Shown: positions 1-8,810, counted from the stretch's first letter. The stretch is 21,103 nucleotides of DNA from Prochlorococcus sp. AG-355-B18 (GCA_003280965.1 QCDI01000015.1:1-21103); one strand, 5' to 3'. A program made the numbers and translations. The notes: generated by a model not told the origin, from the letters alone.

Positions 1-710
1 GTCCATCCTTCAAGGGCATCTTTAGGCGGAATAGTTATCCCCAATTCACTTTTAGCAAGTTCGATACTTTTTTCTAATTCACTTGTAATTGGCATTTCAT
101 CAAGAGATAATCTATCGGATTCTTTGTCTATAGATACTGCTTGTCGAAATAATTTTTCTTTTGAAAAAGTAATTCTCTCTACCGGCAAAGCATCTAAAAC
201 CTCATTTGCTATAACTATTCCATTGATATTATTTTCCTCTATTTCTTCCAAACCTTTCCATAAAATATCGATACCTAAGTTTAAAAAATCCTCCAATTTA
301 TTTTTTTGTTTTTCTACCATCCCTTTATTCGGTTCAATGATTATAAAAGAAACTCCTTTCAAAAAATTCTTGCTGCTTCCTAATAAATATTTAATTAATC
401 CACTCATAAAGCTTCCATTTCCAGCCCCAAATTCAATTACAGCTAATTTCTGATTAGATAAAAAAATACTTTTGAACTGAATCAACCATTCTTCTATTTG
501 TCTACCAACCAAAAAAGCAAAATCATCTGATAATGATGATGATGTAACAAAATCGCCTCGAACGCCTAATTTAGCTTTACCACTGCCATAGTAACCATTG
601 ATAGGATTATTTAAAACAAAATTCATATAGTCATAAAAACTTATAGTCCCACCCATTTGTATTATTTTTTTTACCAACCAATCTGGATTATTCGCGGGTA
701 GGCTATTCAT
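1..710 (-). CDS. MidA/NDUFAF7 (DUF185) family SAM-dependent methyltransferase, 3' end outside window
   Basis: Not in the ORF track because it runs off the left edge. Translated by hand from ATG at 710: MNSLPANNPDWLVKKIIQMGGTISFYDYMNFVL...GYYG...GDFVTS...VIEFGAGNGS...IANEVLDALPV. These match the family motifs GYY, GDFxT, ExGxGxG and NExxDALP. The frame is open to the window edge. Confidence 0.88.
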   Translation of the reverse strand, partial: MNSLPANNPDWLVKKIIQMGGTISFYDYMNFVLNNPINGYYGSGKAKLGVRGDFVTSSSLSDDFAFLVGRQIEEWLIQFKSIFLSNQKLAVIEFGAGNGSFMSGLIKYLLGSSKNFLKGVSFIIIEPNKGMVEKQKNKLEDFLNLGIDILWKGLEEIEENNINGIVIANEVLDALPVERITFSKEKLFRQAVSIDKESDRLSLDEMPITSELEKSIELAKSELGITIPPKDALEGW

Positions 711-741
711 CGGCGAAAATATAAAGAGACAAAACTTATTT

Positions 742-1539
742 ATGCCTTCAAAGATTAACTATTTATTGGGAATATTTCTATCTATATTAGTTTTAATTTC
801 ACATAAACCCGTTTTTGCTATAAATAATCCAAATCTCTTACCAGAAGAAAAAACACCTGTAATTGATTTGGCTAAAACATTAAGTCCTAATCAGAAAAAA
901 TCTTTAGAGGATAATCTCAACAATCTAGAAATTGAAAGTGGATGGAAAATTAAATATTTATCTCAGTTTGAGAGTTCACCTGGTAGCGCAATAAAAGACT
1001 ATTGGGATTTAGATGAAACAAGTTTATTAATCGTTGCAGATCCTAGAGGAGGTAATTTGCTGAACTTTAACGTAGGTGAAGCTTATTTTAATTTTATGCC
1101 AAGATTATTTTGGGTTGAACTTCAAACAAGATTTGGTAATCAATATTATGTGAAAGATCATGGTGAGGATGGTGCAGTATTAGATGCAATTAATTCAGTA
1201 AAGATCTGCCTTGAAAGAGGAGGGTGTCAAGTTGTCCCTGGCCTACCCAAAGAGCAATATATATGGACCTTATGTACTTCCATTCTTGGAGGTCTAGTAG
1301 CAGGTTTCGCATCTGCTCCAAGAAAAAAAGGTCAAGTAATATCAATTGGATTTTTAGCTCTTCTTTCTCCTTTATGGGGAATGTTATTTGGAATTTTTGG
1401 TTTAGCACCGATAATATCCAGAACAAATGATTTATTACCTTTATTTAAAAATGGTTTAGCTTTTACAGCCGCAGGAATTGCGGGTTACATCTTATCTCAA
1501 ACATTGTTTGCAAGATATGAAAAGTCCAAAAATACTTGA
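742..1539 (+). CDS. TPM-domain (TLP18.3/Psb32/MOLO-1 fold) membrane-anchored protein, thylakoid-lumen 15 kDa protein-like
   Basis: Signal peptide ending in VFA. Motifs VIDLAKTLS, FWVELQTRFGNQYYVKDHGEDGAV and CLERGGCQVVPGLP. Three C-terminal hydrophobic segments. Confidence 0.8.
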   Translation: MPSKINYLLGIFLSILVLISHKPVFAINNPNLLPEEKTPVIDLAKTLSPNQKKSLEDNLNNLEIESGWKIKYLSQFESSPGSAIKDYWDLDETSLLIVADPRGGNLLNFNVGEAYFNFMPRLFWVELQTRFGNQYYVKDHGEDGAVLDAINSVKICLERGGCQVVPGLPKEQYIWTLCTSILGGLVAGFASAPRKKGQVISIGFLALLSPLWGMLFGIFGLAPIISRTNDLLPLFKNGLAFTAAGIAGYILSQTLFARYEKSKNT

Positions 1540-1562
1540 AATATGATCAAAAATATCAAATC

Positions 1563-2396
1563 CTAAAAATATTTATCTTCTTCACAAATTTCACCAGACT
1601 CTGAATACCATCGATGAGAAACATTTATTAATTCCTTTTTTTCAAACTCAACCCATGAAAAGTTAATTAATAATTTCCCATCCTCGTCAGTTTTATATCT
1701 TGGCACAACCGCAGTGTTGAAATAAATGGTTCCTTTACTATCCATTTTAAACATCTCTCTTAAACCAAGATTTCTTTTAAGCAAATTGTGCATATGACCA
1801 AAAATTACAAGCTCAACTTTTCTTTTCTTTTGTATTTGAGAAATAGCCACAGACAAATCTCTATCTCCCCAATCTAAAGAGGGTAATTTCCAGTCTTTTC
1901 CACAAATGCTTTTAGGTTCTGAGCCTAAACCAGAAGGGCCAGCATGAGACATAATAATTAAAGGGATATCATCAATAGTCTCCTCAGAACATTTGATAAT
2001 TTTATTTATTGAATCTTGTTCGGTGATAGGTCCATAAACGCCTTTAACTTCTTTTGAAAGGAAATAACCACCTCCAGAACTACATGGTCTCGCAGAAAGT
2101 AAATTTATTTGATTATTAAAAACTTTTAAATCCCATGCACAATATTTTTCACCAAGTACACGAATCTGCTTTGAGAGAATTTCACCTGTAGAATCCTTCC
2201 CTCTATCATGATTTCCTAAAATCACAAAAGTAGGAATTTTGATCTCATTGATTTTTTTTATTATTTTCACACTCCCATCAGAAATATCACCAACAAATAA
2301 AACAATATTTGGTTTAATAATCGATAAAACTTTCAAGTCTAATTCAGACCATTGACCATGACAGTCACCAACAATAGCAATTTTTAAATTTGTCAG
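1563..2396 (-). CDS. Calcineurin-like metallophosphoesterase, TIGR04168-like; start extended from TTG 2336 to candidate CTG 2396
   Basis: Motifs VGD, GNHD, SH and GHMH are in the track ORF. Motif I (IAIVGDCHGQW) is in frame upstream of 2336. The start position is uncertain. Confidence 0.8.
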   Translation of the reverse strand: MTNLKIAIVGDCHGQWSELDLKVLSIIKPNIVLFVGDISDGSVKIIKKINEIKIPTFVILGNHDRGKDSTGEILSKQIRVLGEKYCAWDLKVFNNQINLLSARPCSSGGGYFLSKEVKGVYGPITEQDSINKIIKCSEETIDDIPLIIMSHAGPSGLGSEPKSICGKDWKLPSLDWGDRDLSVAISQIQKKRKVELVIFGHMHNLLKRNLGLREMFKMDSKGTIYFNTAVVPRYKTDEDGKLLINFSWVEFEKKELINVSHRWYSESGEICEEDKYF

Positions 2397-2417
2397 AATT
2401 TTTTCTGTTTAAAGGCA

Positions 2418-2444
2418 TATAATCTATTTAGAGATATTCTAAAT
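2418..2444 (+). promoter_or_regulatory. Candidate nadA -10 box (TATAAT 2418-2423) followed by inverted repeat ATTTAGA-N5-TCTAAAT (2426-2444)
   Basis: Perfect -10 hexamer and a perfect 7-bp inverted repeat in the short divergent intergenic region. No well-spaced -35 seen. Confidence 0.35.
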
Positions 2445-2499
2445 CCTGACCAGTATAACTTCTACTGCAAAACAGAAATCTGTTCAAACCGAAGAAAAT

Positions 2500-3414
2500 T
2501 TGATTTCTGAAATAAAGGAGCGTTGCAAAAAAGCTAATGCAATTATTCTTGCGCACTATTATCAAGCGCCAGAAATTCAAGAAATTGCAGATTTTATTGG
2601 CGATTCATTAGATCTATCGAGGAAAGCTGCAAATAATGATGCAGACGTAATAATTTTTTGCGGTGTACACTTTATGGCCGAAACTGCAAAAATACTTAGC
2701 CCAAATAAAACAGTCCTATTACCAGATATTGACGCAGGATGTTCATTAGCAGATGATTGTCCCTCAGATAAGTTTCAAAAATTTAGGGAAGAAAATCCAG
2801 ATCATTATGTCGTAAGTTACATAAATTGTACTGCAGAAGTAAAAGCGCAAAGTGATCTGATTTGTACAAGCAGTAATGCAGTCTCATTAGTTAAAAAAAT
2901 ACCTCAAGATAAAAAGATAATATTCGCTCCAGATCAGAACCTTGGGAGATGGGTACAGAAGAATTCAGGAAGAGATCTTAAATTATGGCCGGGCAGCTGC
3001 ATTGTTCATGAATCATTTAGTGAAGAAGCACTACTAAAATTAAAATATCAAAATCCAGGATCAAAAGTCATTGCTCATCCTGAATGTAGTCAAAATTTAC
3101 TAATACTCTCAGACTTTATTGGATCAACAAGTAAACTGCTTGATTTCGTAAGTAAAGATCAATCCACAACATATATGGTATTAACTGAACCTGGAATAAT
3201 CCATCAAATGAAGAAGAAAGAACCTAATAAAATCTTCATTGAAGTTCCAGATATAGATGGTTGCAAATGTAACGAGTGTCCATATATGAAATTAAATACT
3301 TTAGAAAAAATTCTAGATTGCTTGAAAAATAATTCCCCTTCCATAGAACTTGACCCAGAAATAATAAGAAGAGCCTTTGTGCCAATAAAGAGAATGCTGG
3401 ATATGAGTAATTAA
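2500..3414 (+). CDS. nadA: Quinolinate synthase A ([4Fe-4S])
   Basis: Motifs ILAHYYQ, GDSL, CGVHFMAE, GCSLAD, YIN, SCIVHE, AHPEC and CNECPYMK. The start may extend to the in-frame CTG at 2446. Confidence 0.96.
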   Translation: MISEIKERCKKANAIILAHYYQAPEIQEIADFIGDSLDLSRKAANNDADVIIFCGVHFMAETAKILSPNKTVLLPDIDAGCSLADDCPSDKFQKFREENPDHYVVSYINCTAEVKAQSDLICTSSNAVSLVKKIPQDKKIIFAPDQNLGRWVQKNSGRDLKLWPGSCIVHESFSEEALLKLKYQNPGSKVIAHPECSQNLLILSDFIGSTSKLLDFVSKDQSTTYMVLTEPGIIHQMKKKEPNKIFIEVPDIDGCKCNECPYMKLNTLEKILDCLKNNSPSIELDPEIIRRAFVPIKRMLDMSN

Positions 3415-4745
3415 TTTAATGAAAATACTTTATCTTCCTTATTAATTTTTAGGAATGCATTAAGGTTTGTAGTATTAGGCTTAAATTCACTTATCTGATT
3501 CTTTCTATTAATTATATTTATTAGCTCTTTTTCACCAGCTTTATATTGTTTATCTCTTCTAGTTCCAATCTCTCTTTGGAGTATAGGGTTGATATTCATT
3601 TTCACTTCTATGTCAGGAATAATTCCAGATTTATTTATATCTGTGCCGTTCGGAGTTAAATACTTAGCGACTGTAACAGTTAACCCTGAACCATCAACTA
3701 ATGTTCTCATTGATTGAACTAGACCTTTACCAAACGTTTTCCTTCCAACTAATTTTCCTCTTTTGTTATCTTTTATTGCACCAGAAACTATTTCACTTGC
3801 ACTTGCAGAACCCTCATTAACTAAAACAACTAAGGGCTTTTTTGTTAGAGCTTGACCGTTTCCTCTTTTTGTTTCTTTTAAACCATCTTTACTGACTGTA
3901 CTTACTATTACTCCTTTGTTAATGAAGTGCCTTGAGATATCAATACTTGATTCTAATAAACCTCCTGGATTACTTCTCAAGTCAAGAACATATCCTGCAA
4001 CTTTTCTTTTTTCTAAATCTTTAATAGCATCTTTAGTCTCTTTTGATGCATTTGCATTAAATTGTTTAATTCTCACATAGCCAATTAATAAACCGTTTTT
4101 GGTTTGATTGACTTTACTTGATACAGATTTTATTTCAATCTTTTCTCTTGATAAAATCTTAAAAAAGGTTTTAGTATCTCTAAGAATTTCAAGCTTAACT
4201 TTAGTACCTCTTTGTCCTCTTATTAATTTCACAGCCTCCTCTATATTCATGCCTTCAGTGGAAATATCATCAATAGACAATATTTTATCTCTAGCTTTAA
4301 TTCCAGCATCAAATGCAGGGGTGCCCTCTATTGGAGAAATAATTATTAAATCATCAGATTCTTTATCTTTAACTATTTGGATTCCAACTCCAGTTAATTC
4401 ACCAGAGGTATCAATTCTCATTTGATTAAATTCCTTAGGTTCTAAAAATCTTGTATAAGAATCATCTAAATTAGAAAGCATATTTCTAATCGCATCATAT
4501 GCTTCATTGCTGTCTGAATATGTTTTTGATAAAACCTCTTTTCTTAGATTAATCCAATTAGACTTTTGAAATTTACCGCTTGAATCAAGAAAATCTCTAT
4601 ATACTATTTGCCAAACATGATCAATTACTTCTTTATAACTATTATTTAAAACTGTTGCTTCTGCAAAATTATTTAAAAATAGCCCAGAAAAGGTTGTCGC
4701 AAATACAATTATAGATTTTTTTTTCAGCAATTTTTTTATCTTCAA
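3411..4745 (-). CDS. ctpA: Carboxyl-terminal processing protease (S41 family, PDZ domain)
   Basis: PDZ GVGIQI, DLRSNPGG, catalytic ASASEI and TFGKGLVQ. N-terminal signal peptide. Which Ctp paralogue this is cannot be fixed from motifs alone. Confidence 0.88.
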   Translation of the reverse strand: MKIKKLLKKKSIIVFATTFSGLFLNNFAEATVLNNSYKEVIDHVWQIVYRDFLDSSGKFQKSNWINLRKEVLSKTYSDSNEAYDAIRNMLSNLDDSYTRFLEPKEFNQMRIDTSGELTGVGIQIVKDKESDDLIIISPIEGTPAFDAGIKARDKILSIDDISTEGMNIEEAVKLIRGQRGTKVKLEILRDTKTFFKILSREKIEIKSVSSKVNQTKNGLLIGYVRIKQFNANASKETKDAIKDLEKRKVAGYVLDLRSNPGGLLESSIDISRHFINKGVIVSTVSKDGLKETKRGNGQALTKKPLVVLVNEGSASASEIVSGAIKDNKRGKLVGRKTFGKGLVQSMRTLVDGSGLTVTVAKYLTPNGTDINKSGIIPDIEVKMNINPILQREIGTRRDKQYKAGEKELINIINRKNQISEFKPNTTNLNAFLKINKEDKVFSLN

Positions 4746-4760
4746 AGAACCGATTTATTT

Positions 4761-4790
4761 ATTATAAAAAGGATTTATTTATAATTTCAA
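4761..4790 (-). promoter_or_regulatory. Candidate sigma70 promoter for ctpA: TTGAAA (4790-4785), 18-nt spacer, TATAAT (4766-4761)
   Basis: Near-consensus -35 and consensus -10 with plausible spacing, just upstream of the TTG start at 4745. Confidence 0.5.
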
Positions 4791-4807
4791 AAATTTGACA
4801 AATCCTT
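4766..4807 (-). terminator. Possible weak stem-loop directly after the ispG stop
   Basis: On the minus strand AAGGATTTGT can pair with ATAAATCCTT (one G-U), followed by a short T run. The stem is AT-rich and the loop is large. Confidence 0.25.
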
Positions 4808-6023
4808 AAGGATCAATCCACTTCCCATCATCCTTAATAAGTTGGATTAAAGCATAAACCCCCTCATCTTCAGGTACTCTTTTTATCTCTTCTTTCCTTC
4901 TATACAAGGCAATAGTTCCTTTGCCTTTACCAACATAACCATAATCAGCGTCTGCCATTTCTCCTGGCCCATTAACAATACATCCCATTATTGCTATATC
5001 TAGACCTGTCAAATGTGAAGTGGCGTTCCTAACTTTGTCTACAACTTCTTCTAGATTGAAAAGTGTTCTCCCACAACTAGGGCAACTGATGTATTCAACC
5101 ATTGTTTTTCTTAATCCTAAAGATTGCAAAATTGAATAGCAAACTGGTATCTCCTTCTCTGGAGCTTCTGTTAAAGAAACCCTGATGGTATCTCCTAATC
5201 CCTCTGCTAAAAGCGTCCCAATTCCAGCAGTACTCTTAATCCTCCCATAATCACCATCTCCAGCTTCAGTCACTCCTAAATGTAAAGGATAATTATATCC
5301 TTCTGAGTCAAGCCTATCTGCGATCATTCTGTAAGCTGCCATCATGACCGGGGCCCTGGATGCTTTCATAGAAATAATTATGTTATGAAAATCAAGCTCA
5401 TCACAAATTTTGACGAACTCCATCGCAGATTCTGTCATTCCCAATGGAGTATCTCCATAAGTAAACAGCATTCTTTCAGATAGAGAACCATGATTAACTC
5501 CAATCCTTAGAGCTTTATTTTCAGCCTTTAAAACTTCTACCAGAGGGGTAAATCTTTTAAGTATTGTTTGTTTAATAGTTTCAAATTCCTCATCTGTATA
5601 TTCAGTTCTTGTAGGGTCTGATTTTTCAAATACAAACAATCCAGGATTAATTCTCACTTTATCAACATGTTTTGCAACCTCCATTGCAATTTTCATACCA
5701 TTATGGTGAACATCAGCTACCAAGGGAGTGTTGATATTATTTTCTAATAATTTTGCTTTTATATCTCCTACTGCTTTTGCATGTGCCAAGGAAGGAACAG
5801 TTAATCTTACTATTTCACAACCAACATCATAAAGTCTTTTGATAGCCAAGTAAGCATTTTCGACATCCATAGTATCTTCATTTATCATGGATTGAACTCT
5901 TACTGGATAATCACTTCCAATAGCTATATCACCAACCATTACTGTTCTAGTTATCCTCCTCTCAATATGAGTTGAATATCTTTTGGAGAGACTATTAACC
6001 TCTTTTGATTGAGTTAATGACAT
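4806..6023 (-). CDS. ispG: (E)-4-hydroxy-3-methylbut-2-enyl-diphosphate synthase (GcpE)
   Basis: Motifs [44 protein letters not shown] and [10 protein letters not shown]. Confidence 0.97.
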   Translation of the reverse strand: MSLTQSKEVNSLSKRYSTHIERRITRTVMVGDIAIGSDYPVRVQSMINEDTMDVENAYLAIKRLYDVGCEIVRLTVPSLAHAKAVGDIKAKLLENNINTPLVADVHHNGMKIAMEVAKHVDKVRINPGLFVFEKSDPTRTEYTDEEFETIKQTILKRFTPLVEVLKAENKALRIGVNHGSLSERMLFTYGDTPLGMTESAMEFVKICDELDFHNIIISMKASRAPVMMAAYRMIADRLDSEGYNYPLHLGVTEAGDGDYGRIKSTAGIGTLLAEGLGDTIRVSLTEAPEKEIPVCYSILQSLGLRKTMVEYISCPSCGRTLFNLEEVVDKVRNATSHLTGLDIAIMGCIVNGPGEMADADYGYVGKGKGTIALYRRKEEIKRVPEDEGVYALIQLIKDDGKWIDP

Positions 6024-6057
6024 TAAAATTCTTGATATTCAAAAAGGAATTACTACA

Positions 6058-6561
6058 TTATAAGGCATATAGTTTACCGCTTACATTCTCTAGGTCTTTT
6101 AAAGTCAAATGATAAGGTTTATTAATTTCTTTTGAAGAAAATCTCAACAGATAAGATGGATGAAAAATTACCATAATTTCTCTCCCATCTTTTTTAATCC
6201 ATTGACCTCTCAAATTACTTATGGGGTCCTTAACATCTAAAATAGTTCTCATGGCAGTCGAACCAGTAAGTAATATAATTTTTGGATCAACTAGCTTTAT
6301 TTGCTGTAATAACCATGGTTTATGAATATTAATTTCTCTGGTCGTGGGTTTTCTATTATTAGGTGGACGACATTTAATTACATTACAAAAATAAACATCT
6401 TCCTTATAGTCAATCCCCGCTTTTATCAACAATTCATTTAATAATTTACCAGATTTACCTACGTAAGGTTTTCCTTCTAAATCTTCTTGAGCACCAGGCG
6501 CTTCACCAATTATTAACAAATCTGCAAATACACTCCCTCTTCCAATAACTAACCTTTTCAC
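6058..6561 (-). CDS. Uracil-DNA glycosylase, family 4-like, N-terminally short
   Basis: Motif A IGEAPG, PYVGKSGKLL, NVIKCRPPNNRKP and motif B FHPSYLLR. GTG start, with an in-frame stop seven codons upstream. Confidence 0.9.
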   Translation of the reverse strand: MKRLVIGRGSVFADLLIIGEAPGAQEDLEGKPYVGKSGKLLNELLIKAGIDYKEDVYFCNVIKCRPPNNRKPTTREINIHKPWLLQQIKLVDPKIILLTGSTAMRTILDVKDPISNLRGQWIKKDGREIMVIFHPSYLLRFSSKEINKPYHLTLKDLENVSGKLYAL

Positions 6562-6723
6562 CGAAAAAAATACTTTAAATATTTTTTATCTTAAGAACTC
6601 AAAACATGAAAATAAAATAGATTAAGAAAATGAACTAAATTAGACCATTCTGTGATATTTTTAATTATTCTTAATTAATGGTTCTGTCATTATTAAAAGT
6701 CATATTTGAAAAGCTATAAATCA

Positions 6724-7902
6724 ATGAGTAAAGATAATTTATCTGAAAGGGCACTTTTAATTGAGCCTTCTCTTACATTGCAGATAAGTGCCAAAGCAAA
6801 TCAATTATCTGCAGAGGGAGTAGATATTTGCAATTTAAGTGCAGGAGAGCCTGATTTTAATGCTCCAAAAGAAGTTATAGAGGCTACGAGTAAAGCTATA
6901 TTTGATGGATTTACAAAGTACGGTCCCGCAGCGGGCAATTTAGATCTCCGAAAAGCAATTGCAAATAAACTTCAAATTCAAAACAATTTAAATATTGAAT
7001 ATGAAAACGTAATGGTCACAAATGGTGCTAAGCAAGCAATATATAATCTTTTCCAAATTTTATTAAATGCTGGAGACGAAGTTATTATTCCTTCTCCATA
7101 CTGGTTAAGTTATCCCCAGATGGTCAGACTAGCGGGTGGAAAGCCAATTTTTACAAATTCTTCTGCTGAAGATGGATTTAAAATAAATATAGAAGATTTG
7201 AAGTCTAAAATCTCTTCAAAAACTAAATTTATAATTATCAATTCTCCCAATAATCCTACTGGAAGAGTTATGTCAAAAGAAGAATTATTGCAAATTGCCG
7301 ATTTAGCCAGAGAAAATCCAAATATCAATATTCTTTCTGATGAGATTTACGAACTAATCCTTAAAAAAGAATTTAAATACTATAGTTTATCAACATTAGC
7401 AAGTGACTTAAAAGATAGGATTTTTATAGTAAATGGTTTTGCGAAGGGATGGGCTATGACTGGCTGGAGGATAGGTTATTTAGTGGGTCCCAAAGATGTA
7501 ATAAAAGCATCCTCAGCATTACAAAGTCAAAGTACAAGTAATGTTTGCTCTTTTGTTCAAAAAGGCGCTCTAGAGGCTTTAAAAATTAATGTTGAGTTTT
7601 TCTCAATGATAAATAGCCATTATGATCAAAGAAGAAGTCTCCTCTATGAGAGCCTTAGGAATATAAATGGGATTTATATTGAAGAACCTAATGGAGCATT
7701 TTACGCATTCCCAAGATTACCTAACTCCTCAATTTCCTCTGTTGATTTCTGTAATAAAGCTCTTCAAGATTACGGATTAGTTGTTGTTCCTGGAAAAGCT
7801 TTTGGAGCTGACGAATGTGTAAGAATATCTTGTGCAGCTTCAGAGGGTAAAATAAAAGATGGACTGAGGAGGTTTGAAAAAGCAATCTCTAAATATTATT
7901 AA
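6724..7902 (+). CDS. aspC: PLP-dependent aminotransferase class I/II (aspartate aminotransferase)
   Basis: Motifs AGEPDF, NGAKQA, PYWLSY, NSPNNPTG, DEIY, GFAKGWAMTGWRIG (PLP lysine) and GAFY. ATG 6724 is preferred over TTG 6706. Confidence 0.88.
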   Translation: MSKDNLSERALLIEPSLTLQISAKANQLSAEGVDICNLSAGEPDFNAPKEVIEATSKAIFDGFTKYGPAAGNLDLRKAIANKLQIQNNLNIEYENVMVTNGAKQAIYNLFQILLNAGDEVIIPSPYWLSYPQMVRLAGGKPIFTNSSAEDGFKINIEDLKSKISSKTKFIIINSPNNPTGRVMSKEELLQIADLARENPNINILSDEIYELILKKEFKYYSLSTLASDLKDRIFIVNGFAKGWAMTGWRIGYLVGPKDVIKASSALQSQSTSNVCSFVQKGALEALKINVEFFSMINSHYDQRRSLLYESLRNINGIYIEEPNGAFYAFPRLPNSSISSVDFCNKALQDYGLVVVPGKAFGADECVRISCAASEGKIKDGLRRFEKAISKYY

Positions 7903-7916
7903 TACAAACTTAAATA

Positions 7917-8810
7917 ATGTTCAAATTAAAAAATTTAATACTTAGTTCATCTTTATTATTTTTTATTTTTTCAACACCTGTTTTTTCAAATCCCAAAGTT
8001 TTAAAAGTTGGAGCCATACCTGATCAAAGCCAAGATGTTTTAGACAAAAGATTTAATTTATTTTCAAAAGAATTATCCAAACAACTAGATGTAGAAGTTA
8101 AATACATACCTGTTATTAATTATGTTGCAGCAGTAACTGGATTTAGAACTAAAGATTTAGATTTAGTTTGGTTTGGAGGGTTATCAGGAGTCCAAGCAAG
8201 ATTACAAACTCCTAATTCAATTGTCATAGCTCAAAGAGATATAGATAAGGAATTTAAAAGTGTTTTTATAGTAAACAAAAATTTAGCACTTAACTCAATT
8301 TCAAATATTAAAGGACTTAGAAAACTCAAGAATTTAAGATTTACTTTTGGCTCTGAAAACTCAACTTCTGGAAGATTAATGCCAGAATATTTCTTAAATC
8401 AAGCAGGGGTAGAAATTAAACATTTTAAGGGTAAAAAAGCAGGTTTTAGTGGGAGTCATGATACCACAATAGCTTTAGTTAATAGTGGGGCATTTGATGC
8501 TGGAGCTTTAAATAAACAAGTTTGGGAAAACAATCTTAAAAACAATCCTAAAAGAACAAGTAATTTAGAATTATTTTGGATTACCCCAGAATATGTTGAC
8601 TATCATTGGTTAGCTCAAGGGGATCTTGAAAATAGATTCGGGGAAGGGTTTACAAAACAACTTAAATCAGTAATTCTAAATTTAGATTTAAATCAAAAAT
8701 CACATAAACATATATTAGATATGTTCAATGCAAAAAGATTTATTAATGCAGAAGCAAAACAGTATAAAAATATAGAGGATATTGGGAGGAAATTAAAAAA
8801 GATAAGATGA
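7917..8810 (+). CDS. phnD: Phosphonate/phosphite/phosphate ABC transporter substrate-binding protein (PhnD/PtxB family)
   Basis: Signal peptide, GAIPDQ, DLVWFGGLSG, anion-binding STSG, GSHD and YVDYHW. First of three adjacent ABC genes. Confidence 0.88.
   Translation: MFKLKNLILSSSLLFFIFSTPVFSNPKVLKVGAIPDQSQDVLDKRFNLFSKELSKQLDVEVKYIPVINYVAAVTGFRTKDLDLVWFGGLSGVQARLQTPNSIVIAQRDIDKEFKSVFIVNKNLALNSISNIKGLRKLKNLRFTFGSENSTSGRLMPEYFLNQAGVEIKHFKGKKAGFSGSHDTTIALVNSGAFDAGALNKQVWENNLKNNPKRTSNLELFWITPEYVDYHWLAQGDLENRFGEGFTKQLKSVILNLDLNQKSHKHILDMFNAKRFINAEAKQYKNIEDIGRKLKKIR

Noticed and set aside
124..453. 109-aa plus-strand ORF
   Set aside because: Antisense shadow of the MidA/NDUFAF7-family gene, with no recognisable motifs.
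1190..1430. 78-aa (-) and 68-aa (+) ORFs
   Set aside because: Both lie inside the TPM-domain gene in other frames and show no protein-like features.
4108..4425. 105-aa plus-strand ORF
   Set aside because: Antisense to the PDZ region of ctpA.
6660..6677. Two YTTAAYYW Pho-box-like half sites upstream of aspC-phnDCE
   Set aside because: The period is 10 bp rather than the expected 11, there are only two copies, and such words are frequent in AT-rich DNA.
6706..6723. TTG-start extension of the aminotransferase
   Set aside because: ATG 6724 gives a typical N-terminus (MSKDNLSERA), and the extra six residues add nothing recognisable.
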